Below the pieces are notes generated by a model that saw only the letters and a list, made by a program, of their open reading frames with translations, was not told the DNA's origin and did no database searches. Positions 30,171 through 39,400 of a DNA stretch of 64,000 bases are shown one piece after another (position 1 is the first letter of the stretch; each line of letters opens with the position of its first letter). Origin of the DNA: Arenicellales bacterium. GTDB lineage: Bacteria; Pseudomonadota; Gammaproteobacteria; Arenicellales; Poriferihabitantaceae. The stretch covers positions 2,725,031-2,789,030 of the forward strand of contig OZ241374.1 in NCBI GenBank assembly GCA_965200715.1. Reading direction: 5' to 3'. The translations under genes and the position numbers were made by a program.

Positions 30171-31158
30171 CTTGCCACTTGGTCCATTGATTATTGATTT
30201 CTCTGGCGAAACACTGGGTTCAGAGGAAAGGACATTACTCCAAACAGCCGCTATTGGTGGAGTTATCCTTTTTTCCGATAATTACCGATCACGACAGCAG
30301 TTAACAGAATTGACTGGTGAAATTCGGAGTTTGCGTACCCCACCCCTTCTGATTTGTGTTGATCAGGAAGGTGGTCGAGTACAACGCTTTCGGGATGGTT
30401 TTTTCCGCCTGCCAGCTGCAAAGGAGATCGGGCAAGCATATGAGCAAGATATGCAGATCGGTCTACAACTCGCCCGAAAAATGGGCATTATTATGGCTGG
30501 AGAATTGGTTCTAGCGGGGGTGGATATTAGCTTTGCTCCTGTTCTGGATTGTGCACACCCAAAGAGTCAGGTTATCGGCGACCGAAGCTTTAGCGCTGAC
30601 CCAAATATGATTGCCTCATTAGCCGGAGAATTTGTTAGAGGTATGTGCCAAGCGGGTATGGCAGCTACCGGCAAACACTATCCCGGTCATGGCGGTGTGA
30701 AGGAGGATTCACATGAGCTACAGCCCGTGGATAGTCGCGATTTATCCGCACTATTCGACAAGGATCTTTTACCGTTTCGAAAATTAGCTAAACAATTGTC
30801 TGGAATAATGACGGCACATGTCCAATATCCCAAGATCGACACAACGATTCCCTGTTTTTCGCCTTATTGGCTCGTTACGGTATTACGCCAACGTCTGGGA
30901 TTTACTGGTATTATCTTCAGTGATGATTTAACAATGGGCGGTGCAGAGCAAGGCGGGAAGCCCATTGAGCGTGCTCTTTCAGCATTAGAAGCTGGATGCG
31001 ACATGATTCTTGTATGCAAGGACCGAGAAGCAGTGCTTGAAATTGCTGAACAACTTGGAGACAACCATAACCCAAACCCCAGCAAAATCAATCGCCTTTA
31101 TTCGAAGCAGAAATTATCGGAACTCGATCTGACCATAACCCGATCTTCTCTCGGGTAA
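30163..31158 (+). CDS. nagZ: Beta-N-acetylhexosaminidase NagZ
   Basis: GGVILFSDNY, ICVDQEGGRVQRF, KHYPGHGGV.EDSH and IIFSDDLTMGGA motifs of GH3 NagZ. Confidence 0.9.
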   Translation: MSNLPLGPLIIDFSGETLGSEERTLLQTAAIGGVILFSDNYRSRQQLTELTGEIRSLRTPPLLICVDQEGGRVQRFRDGFFRLPAAKEIGQAYEQDMQIGLQLARKMGIIMAGELVLAGVDISFAPVLDCAHPKSQVIGDRSFSADPNMIASLAGEFVRGMCQAGMAATGKHYPGHGGVKEDSHELQPVDSRDLSALFDKDLLPFRKLAKQLSGIMTAHVQYPKIDTTIPCFSPYWLVTVLRQRLGFTGIIFSDDLTMGGAEQGGKPIERALSALEAGCDMILVCKDREAVLEIAEQLGDNHNPNPSKINRLYSKQKLSELDLTITRSSLG

Positions 31159-31583
31159 GTGAGTGGCTAACTACCAAATATTAAATCACAGTGTACAAAC
31201 ACTGAGCTTATGACAATATCGACATAACTAACCAAAGGGAACCTTACGAATCTTTGAATTGAGTTGGATAGGATAGTGACCAACCCATATCACAGTCTAG
31301 TTTTATTGGCTTGCTAACCGAGTGCTACTTTATTGAAAAACAAGTCTTCAGATATCCATGTTAGCGGAGTGAACTATTCCACCCACTGTCAATTTCTCGT
31401 TGTAACCAAGTAAATAACAGGACATCCCAGAGAAGTGGAAACTCTCCATTTACTTTTTTTTAGGGATTCCTTATTGATTCTTATTACCTTACTCAATGAC
31501 CTAGATGCTTTACGCCTTCACCGATGACCACTAAAAATGCAATTATCATGTAACCAATAGACAAGTTTTTGATATACTTCTAT

Positions 31584-31599
31584 ATTGTTAACGAACAAT
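31584..31599. promoter_or_regulatory. Inverted repeat ATTGTT-AACG-AACAAT upstream of the sterol operon
   Basis: 6-bp perfect arms with a 4-nt spacer, 51 nt upstream of the first start codon (31650), inside a 491-nt AT-rich leader. Confidence 0.2.
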
Positions 31600-31649
31600 C
31601 ATAAGTATCTATTTTTTAATTGATATGAACTAGAACTGATCGATCGGAT

Positions 31650-32744
31650 ATGGCAAAAAATTCTACAATAAAGAAGAATTCACCGTCTGCACCGGTACTC
31701 ATAACAGGTGCAGGGGGACATCTCGGTGCTAACCTTGTCCACCGACTTCTAGATGATGGTGTCAAAGTCAGAGTGTTGGTGCGCGCGGAGAGTAAAAATG
31801 AGGCTATTCAGGGTCTGAATGTTGAGCGCTTTTACGGCGACCTCCGTCAAAAAGAAAGTCTAAGACCGGCTCTTGAAGGATGTCAGGGGGTCTATCATGT
31901 TGCTGCTAGAATTGCTACGATTAATGGCAATAAACAGTTCCGGCGAGAACTGTATGAATGCAATGTTGTAGGCACTCGCAACCTGCTTGAGGTCGCCCGT
32001 GAATGTGAGGCGGGTCGGGTAGTCGTAACCGGATCATTTAGTGCTGTAGGATACGACTTGGATAATCCTTCCTTGCCGAGTGATGAAACGATGCAGTTTT
32101 ATCCTCTGGAACGCACAATGCCCTACGAGCGAACCAAGGCATTTGTGGAACATGAGTGCTGGCAAGCAGTGGCGAAAAATCAGGATGTGGTCGTTGCTAC
32201 TTGTTGTGCATTAATGGGAGGTTGGGATTATCATCCATCCAGACTGGGTCGAACGCTTGTTGATTACGCAAACGGAAAACTTCGGGCATATGTCGATGGA
32301 GGCTTTGAATTCGTAGCTGCAAGGGACATTGTAGAGGGACATATCCTGTGCATGCACAAAGGTCGTCCAGGAGAAAAATACATCTTCAGCACTGAATTCA
32401 AGACGATCTCAGAAATTTTGGATATTTTTGAAGAAGTGACTGGCATACCTCGCCCGGCTAAACGTGTACCCGCAAAATTGATGGAAATGTTTGCTGAGGT
32501 AGCCAGTTTTTATTTGAGCCATTTTCACCCATCCTTTCCACAGCGATTTACCCCAGGAGCCATTCGTCTTCTTCAATTATGTCGGCATGCAAACACTCAG
32601 AAAGCTCAAGAGGAACTTGGATTCGAGCCATCCACAATTCGTCAAGCTGTTAAAGATGCATATGAATTTCACTATAATCAGCGTAAGGTGATTACCAATC
32701 CGGATGCAAAACCTCCGGAAGAAGTGGCTTCAGTCGCCGAATAA
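31650..32744 (+). CDS. Extended-SDR NAD(P)-dependent reductase/dehydrogenase, SdmB-like (candidate sterol C-4 demethylation partner / 3-ketosteroid reductase)
   Basis: Rossmann motif ITGAGGHLGANLV, catalytic PYERTK (YxxxK), and 3beta-HSD/dihydroflavonol-reductase-like length. It is the first gene of an operon with a Rieske oxygenase, a sterol reductase, CYP51 and an OSC. Confidence 0.6.
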   Translation: MAKNSTIKKNSPSAPVLITGAGGHLGANLVHRLLDDGVKVRVLVRAESKNEAIQGLNVERFYGDLRQKESLRPALEGCQGVYHVAARIATINGNKQFRRELYECNVVGTRNLLEVARECEAGRVVVTGSFSAVGYDLDNPSLPSDETMQFYPLERTMPYERTKAFVEHECWQAVAKNQDVVVATCCALMGGWDYHPSRLGRTLVDYANGKLRAYVDGGFEFVAARDIVEGHILCMHKGRPGEKYIFSTEFKTISEILDIFEEVTGIPRPAKRVPAKLMEMFAEVASFYLSHFHPSFPQRFTPGAIRLLQLCRHANTQKAQEELGFEPSTIRQAVKDAYEFHYNQRKVITNPDAKPPEEVASVAE

Positions 32745-32789
32745 TAATCTTGTCGTTTTATATATACGAAAATATCGAGGTAAGTTAGA

Positions 32790-33905
32790 ATGAATTTACA
32801 AGCTACTACCGAAGCACCACCTGGATTTTACGATTCAAACAACCTACGCCAGAAAGTGCGTGCTACGGGCTTGGACCCAAATTACTGGTATGCCGTCGAA
32901 GTAGCCCAGAATATAAAGCCGGGCTCGGTCACTGAGGTTATTTTCTGGAAACAATCCATCGCCCTGTATCGAACCAAACAGGGGGATTTTCATGCGCTTG
33001 AGAATCGCTGCGCACATCGCCAGATCAAACTCTCACTAGGTGATGTTGATGGCTGTACTCTGGTTTGCCCCTATCATGGCTGGTCCTATGATAACTGTGG
33101 ACGCCGTGCTGATAATCGCAAGGAAGGAGACAATCCCGAAACAATACGACCATCAATCACTAGTTATCCCGTAAAAGTACGATACGGGCTAGTCTGGTTA
33201 TTCCCCGGTGATCCGGAACGGGCTACAGAACAGGAAATTCCTGATATCCCTGAACTTGAAGGGAAAGATCGTTGGTCTTGTGTTCCACTCAATTTCACCT
33301 GGTCTGCACACCACTCAATGGTAATTGATAATGTAAGCGATTTTACCCACGCACACCTGCACCGAAAATACCGACCTTTTGAAGGCGCAACACTGACAAA
33401 GTTCGAGACGATCGGGGACGATGTCCACCTTTCCTACGACACCCAAGTTGGACGTGGTCGTATTTCAGGATTATTTGTCGACCACAAAAAACTGAACACC
33501 AATCAGATGGACCTGTGTTACAAATATCCGTATCAATGGTCAAATACGGATGATGCGATCAAACATTGGTTGTTTGTCTTACCGATAAACGAGCGGACTA
33601 CTCGGGTATTCTTTTTCTTTTATTTTAAAACGCTAAAAGTTCCCTATCTTCCTGTACGTATCCCTCGCGTCATAATGGATTTGATTATGCGAATTTCTAG
33701 CCGCTGGCTAATTGCACCGCTACTAGATCAGGATCGGTATGCGATTGAGGCTGAACAGGAAGGATATGAGAAGTTCTGGGATGCGCATCCAGTTGAATTT
33801 AACCCAGTGGTCAAGGCATTTCAGGAAGTAACCGTTCGCAAGTGGCAGGAGTTTCTGGAATCCAAAAAAATTGAAGGGCAATCGCCGAGCCATTCAACTA
33901 GTTAA
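32790..33905 (+). CDS. Rieske [2Fe-2S] non-heme-iron oxygenase, SdmA-like (candidate sterol C-4 methyl oxidase)
   Basis: Rieske ligands CAHRQ...CPYHGW (33009-33077), the mononuclear iron motif DNVSDFTHAHLH, and the operon context. Confidence 0.65.
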   Translation: MNLQATTEAPPGFYDSNNLRQKVRATGLDPNYWYAVEVAQNIKPGSVTEVIFWKQSIALYRTKQGDFHALENRCAHRQIKLSLGDVDGCTLVCPYHGWSYDNCGRRADNRKEGDNPETIRPSITSYPVKVRYGLVWLFPGDPERATEQEIPDIPELEGKDRWSCVPLNFTWSAHHSMVIDNVSDFTHAHLHRKYRPFEGATLTKFETIGDDVHLSYDTQVGRGRISGLFVDHKKLNTNQMDLCYKYPYQWSNTDDAIKHWLFVLPINERTTRVFFFFYFKTLKVPYLPVRIPRVIMDLIMRISSRWLIAPLLDQDRYAIEAEQEGYEKFWDAHPVEFNPVVKAFQEVTVRKWQEFLESKKIEGQSPSHSTS

Positions 33906-33911
33906 CATTCC

Positions 33912-34991
33912 GTGATTGAACTCACACTTACAGGAACGTCGCTACTGGTAGCTAGTACGTTGTTAATCGGTTTCTGCGGACTGTTGTTCGTGGGTTCGAT
34001 CATCGCACCGGGACCCAAAATCGAAACCACACGTTCCGATGGCACAACTTTCGTCTATAAACTAAATGGGCTCAGCCTGTTTTTGTTTACGACTGCGGTA
34101 ATGATACTAGCCCACTATTTCGGCTGGTTTTCACTCTCCATATTAATAACATACTTTCTGGAACTCTTTATCGTAACCAATATATTCGCCTTTGCAGTGT
34201 CTTTGTGGCTGTACCTAGAAGGAAAAAATTCACAAACCGAACCGTCAAGTTTCTTGAAAGGCTATTATTATGGCGTCACACTAAATCCAACCCTATGTGG
34301 TGTTGATCTAAAAATTTATAGTTATCGACCTTCACTCATTGGTCTAGCTTTGTTTAATGCCTCATTTGCAGCGGTGCAATATGAGACCTATGGATCCCTG
34401 ACTTTAGCGATGATCATTTATCAGGGCTTTACTTTTCTGTACATACTGAATTATTTCCACTTCGAAAACGGAATGATCTTTACATGGGATATAGTTAGCG
34501 AAAAGTTTGGTTGGATACTGGTCTGGGGTGATTTTGTTCTGGTTCCGTTCTTTTACTGTATTTGCGGTTGGTATCTTGTGCATACCCCTGATTTGCTCTC
34601 GCCATTAGCGGCTACATTGCTAATTATGCTTTATATTTTTGGATTCTGGATGTTTCGTGGAACCAATAACCAGAAGCACCGTTTCAAATCCAACCCAAAC
34701 ATCAAGATTTGGGGACAACCTGCTGAATCACTCGATGGTCGTCTATTGGTCTCTGGATTTTGGAGTTGGGGCAGACATATGAATTATACTGGAGAAATTC
34801 TAGTGTATTTCTCATTCTTTCTGACTACCTGTTTTGTATCGTGGGTACCACTGTTATTACCGTTATGGCTCACCGGCTTGTTGATTCATCGTTCCTTTCG
34901 TGATGAAATGCGCTGCAATGCCAAGTATGGTGAATTATGGCAACGTTATAAGCAACGTGTCCGCTATACCATGTTTCCACCAATCTACTAG
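33912..34991 (+). CDS. ERG4/ERG24-family sterol reductase (C-14 reductase type most likely)
   Basis: A polytopic membrane protein with the family signature LLVSGFWSWGRHMNYTGEIL and the C-terminal HRSFRDEMRCNAKYG. GTG start 6 nt after the upstream stop. Confidence 0.75.
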   Translation: MIELTLTGTSLLVASTLLIGFCGLLFVGSIIAPGPKIETTRSDGTTFVYKLNGLSLFLFTTAVMILAHYFGWFSLSILITYFLELFIVTNIFAFAVSLWLYLEGKNSQTEPSSFLKGYYYGVTLNPTLCGVDLKIYSYRPSLIGLALFNASFAAVQYETYGSLTLAMIIYQGFTFLYILNYFHFENGMIFTWDIVSEKFGWILVWGDFVLVPFFYCICGWYLVHTPDLLSPLAATLLIMLYIFGFWMFRGTNNQKHRFKSNPNIKIWGQPAESLDGRLLVSGFWSWGRHMNYTGEILVYFSFFLTTCFVSWVPLLLPLWLTGLLIHRSFRDEMRCNAKYGELWQRYKQRVRYTMFPPIY

Positions 34992-35002
34992 AAGAATCTG
35001 TC

Positions 35003-36403
35003 ATGTCACAAACCGCTGAAAGCGTGAATGGTTCTGGTCCGTTGATGCGGATGCCAACAATGAGTGGGGGTTGGCCGTTGCTGGGTCATCTGCCCGGCTT
35101 TCTGAAAGACCCTGTTTCGTTATTAACCCGTGGATGGAGTGCTGAGGGCGATCTATTCCGCTTCAAGATTGGTTTCAGTAACTTTGCTCTGTTCACGGGA
35201 CTTGAAGCACATGATTTCTATTTTCGAGCCGGTCAGGATGAATTGAGTGCGAAAGCCTGTTATCAGTTCACGGTGCCTATTTTTGGTAAGGGGGTAGCCT
35301 ATGATGTTGCACCTGAGCTGATGGCTGAACAATTGGGCTTTCTATTTCCTGCACTGCGTGATAATGCAATGCGCAGATATGCCAAGATTATGTATCATGA
35401 GGTCTGCATGTATGCTGATTCGCTTGGCAAAGAAGGTCAACTCGACCTACCCGCAGCTTTGAATGAACTCACGGTCAGAAACGCAAGTCATAGCCTGATT
35501 TGCAAGGAAGTTAGGCATGAAGCAAGCAGTGAATTTGCTGCGGCCTATCATGAATTACAAAACGGGATCAACACACTCGGGTTCTTCTTTCCGAATTTGC
35601 CCACGGCCGCACATCGATCCCGAGACCGGGCACGACAAAAAATTCACCAGATTTTCAGCAAAATCATGGAAAAACGACGACGTGAAGGTTCGGATGAACA
35701 AGACTTCATGCAAACCCTCATGGAAGCCCGATATAAAGATGGTAGGGCGCTAACTGATGATGAGATATCCGGCATTTTGGTTACCGTTTTATTTGCAGGA
35801 CAGCATACTAGCGCAGTCTTGGGTACTTGGACAATGCTGGAGCTGATGCGAGATACTGCCTATCTGGCTCGTGTCCGGGAAGAAAACGAGAAACTGTATT
35901 CAGATACTGGTTTTATGGAACTGACCACTCTCAAGCAACAGAGCATCCTAGAATACGCAATTCGTGAAGGTGAACGATTACATCCTCCACTCATCCTGTT
36001 AATCCGTAAGGTCTTGAAACCTTTAGTATATAACGGTTACGAAATACCTGTTGGTACTCTTGCGATGGTCTCGCCTGCGGTTTCGCACCGGTTAGAGCAT
36101 ATTTTTTCTGATCCAGAACGATTCAATCCTGATCGATATGCACCCCCAGCAAGAGAAGATAAACAACACCACTACACGCTGATCGGTTTTGGTGGAGGTA
36201 AACACCGGTGTATGGGCAAGGCCTTTGCGATTCTTCAACTGAAGATCGTTCTAGGGGTATTGTTTGATCGCTTCGACTTCAGCATTAATTCGTGCTTCCC
36301 GCTTCCCAACTATCGTAGCTGGGTTACTGGACCAACAGAACCCTGCCTAGTCAATTACAAACGACGCTTGGAACCCAGCATTCTCAAAACAGAGGTGGCA
36401 TGA
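35003..36403 (+). CDS. cyp51: Cytochrome P450 sterol 14-alpha-demethylase (CYP51), no ferredoxin domain
   Basis: CYP51 B'-helix signature YQFTVPIFGKGVAYD, I-helix FAGQHTS, and heme loop FGGGKHRCMGKAFA (Cys codon at 36209-36211). Confidence 0.85.
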   Translation: MSQTAESVNGSGPLMRMPTMSGGWPLLGHLPGFLKDPVSLLTRGWSAEGDLFRFKIGFSNFALFTGLEAHDFYFRAGQDELSAKACYQFTVPIFGKGVAYDVAPELMAEQLGFLFPALRDNAMRRYAKIMYHEVCMYADSLGKEGQLDLPAALNELTVRNASHSLICKEVRHEASSEFAAAYHELQNGINTLGFFFPNLPTAAHRSRDRARQKIHQIFSKIMEKRRREGSDEQDFMQTLMEARYKDGRALTDDEISGILVTVLFAGQHTSAVLGTWTMLELMRDTAYLARVREENEKLYSDTGFMELTTLKQQSILEYAIREGERLHPPLILLIRKVLKPLVYNGYEIPVGTLAMVSPAVSHRLEHIFSDPERFNPDRYAPPAREDKQHHYTLIGFGGGKHRCMGKAFAILQLKIVLGVLFDRFDFSINSCFPLPNYRSWVTGPTEPCLVNYKRRLEPSILKTEVA

Positions 36404-39400
36404 CTTCTAAATACGATGTTGCGATAGTAGGGGGCGGACCCGTTGGTAGTGTCTGCGCCCTAGCTCATGCCCGCAAGGGTTCTCACGTCGTAATGCTTGA
36501 GGCAAATCCAAAATCCGCTTATCGATTGGCAGGAGAGTGGTTGCATCCACCTGCTGTCCGGATTCTAGAGGAATTAGGTGTTCAACTAGACATCGAGTGT
36601 GAACAGCCGATTGGCAAGGGTTTTGCAATTTTTCCAGAAGATGGAACCGAAGCAATTCGCTTCCCCTATTCCAAAAATGCCCGAGGTTTCTCCTGTGAGC
36701 ATTCGACACTTGTTGCTTCGATCCACAAAACGGTCATCAATCAGCCAAATATTGATTTTCTACTCGATGCTCGGGCTGTAGCCGTTGAAGATGGACTCAT
36801 TGAGTACACTTACCAAGGAGCAAAAGAAACTATCCATGCACCTCGAATTATTGGTGCCGATGGTCAGGCTTCAATTGTTCGTCAGTCACTAGGCTTATCG
36901 GTCAATCCAAAAATCATCTCCCAAACTGTTGGGATCATATTGAATGATGTCGAATTGCCACTTGAGGGTTATGGGCATGTGTTTCTAGGCGGACCTGGAC
37001 CGATTTTGATTTATCGCTTGTCTGAAGGGCAGGTCAGACTTATTTCGGATATTCCTCAAGATCGCACTTCTCCGAGGGATCGAATTTCCTTTTTACTGGA
37101 TTCATATACCGAGATTTTGCCCGATACAATCAAGCCTTCTTTCATGGAAGCATTGCGCATGAAGAAATTTCAGATTGCCATAAACAAGGTCAGGCCGCAT
37201 GTTACATATGGAAATTCCAAGCGGATTCTGATTGGCGATGCTGCTGGACACTATCACCCAATGACTGCCATGGGTATGACTTTCGGATTTGCAGACGCTT
37301 TTGCGCTCGCTGAGCACGAAGATTTCAAGATCTTTACGCGCAAACGTTTTCGAGACACGCATACTCCATCATTCTTAGCTATGGGTTTATATGAGGTATT
37401 TGCGGATTATCATTCGGAGGCAGTTGCCATCCGACATGCAATCTATAGCAGAGCACGTGCAAGTTCGGGATTCCGAAATCGAACTATTCGATTATTAGCC
37501 TGTGACGACACATCGGCGATTCGCATGAACATTGCTTTTTTCAGCACGGTGGTTCAGGCGGTCTACAAACAGATTCCTTTCTCTCTGAATAAACTTGCTT
37601 GGCAAAAATCCTATAAAACGTTAGAGTCCTTGTGCAGACGGTTGTGGTGGCTCCTTTTGGCCATCAAACAGTTGTATAAAGTCAAATATCGGGGGGAGGA
37701 CATGGACGACCGGGCGTGGAACATGCTCTCCGGGGTGTTCAAGTTTTCGGTACCATTCCAGAAATCAAAGAATAAACAGACCAAACTAAGGGATAAACCA
37801 TCATCCGATGCGAGTCCAGCATTGCAATCAGCGATCGCCCAATTAGCGAATTTACAACGCAAAGACGGCTCGTGGGAAGGGGAGATGGTTTGGTGTCCGA
37901 TGCTAACTGCGCAATATGCACTGTTACATTACATTATTGGCAAACCATTGAGTGCGAAACGACGCAAGAATATTTTGCGTTCCTTTGTAAAGACCCGTTT
38001 CGATAATGGGACCTGGGGCATGCATGATCACTCTGATCCTCATCTGTTTGTGACCACACTGGTTTATATTGCTAGCCGATTGCTAGGTATTGAACGTGAT
38101 GATCCTATGTTGAAGCCCGCCCAAGAATTCATCGAGTCTGAAGGTGTTGTTAACGTCCCGAGTTGGGGTAAATTCTGGTTGGCAGTACTCAATCTCTATG
38201 AATGGCAAGGCGTCAATGCCGTATTGCCTGAACTCTGGGTTTTGCCGCGCTGGTTACCAATTCACCCATCCAAATGGTATTGTCATACTCGACTCATCTA
38301 CATGGCAATGTCAGTCATTTATGGACATCGCTTCCAGACATCCTTAAGTCCGGAGATCGAGTCGCTCCGTGAAGAGCTATACCCAAATGGGTTTGATCAG
38401 GTTGATTTTTCAAAAACCAGAAACCTATTACGGGAAGGAGATTTATTCGCCCGTCCACATTTTCTGTTGCGAGTAGCAAATAGTCTGACGAGATTTTATG
38501 AAGAACGGCATCACAAAACGACTCGAAAGCGATCGATGAATGAGATGAGTGAGAAAATCAAGTGGGAATTACAGACTACCGATCACACTAGTATTTCTCC
38601 GGTCAGTGGTACGCTAAATATTCTTGCATTATGGTTACAGGACAATGAAAACCCGGATGCGAAACGTGGCCTCGATCAACTGGAAGGTTGGGTTTGGGAA
38701 GACAAGACAGATGGAGCTAGAGTAACCGGTGCCAGAAGCGGATCTTGGGATACTGGATTTGCACTTCAGGCACTACAACCGGTTTCTAGTTTCGATGGCA
38801 CCACAAGAATCATGAAGTCTGGCGCTCGGTTTTTGACTGAGAATCAGATCAGAACCAGTTTTGAGGGTTATTCCGAGTCTTATCGCAATGATCCGAGAGG
38901 TGGATGGTGTTTTGCTGGAGGATGGCACGGATGGCCAGTATCTGACTGTACCGCAGAAGCGGTGCTTGGTTTGATTGCTTTTCATGGCAAGGCTGCGGAC
39001 AAATCTGCAATCAAGGATGCTATCGAATTCATGTTGCGTGCGCAAAATCGCGATGGCAGTTTTGGCAGTTATGAATCCATCCGTTCCAGAATTGGGCTTG
39101 AGTGGCTGAATCCGGCTGAGATGTTTGGCGAATCAATGACAGAAGGTGCATATGTTGAATGTACAGCTTCCTGTCTTGAAGCTTTCAGTGCTTGTAAGGA
39201 GAATTTTCCGGATCTGGTCAATACCCAAGTCATGAACGCAATCATCAAGGGCGATGCTTGGTTACGAAAGACTCAGCGAGCCGATGGTTCTTGGCGAGGT
39301 GTTTGGGGAATTCAGTATATCTATGGTACCTTGTTCGGTATTCGGGGTCTAATGGCTACTGGAGCAAAACCAAGTGATCCTGCACTAAGATTGGCCTGTC

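Noticed and set aside
31650-32744. The SDR gene could be read as the HpnA-like hopanoid-associated sugar epimerase, or as a generic dihydroflavonol reductase.
   Set aside because: The sequence alone cannot exclude it. The operon partners (Rieske oxygenase, CYP51, sterol reductase, OSC) favour an SdmB-like sterol C-3/C-4 role. Kept as a medium-confidence call only.
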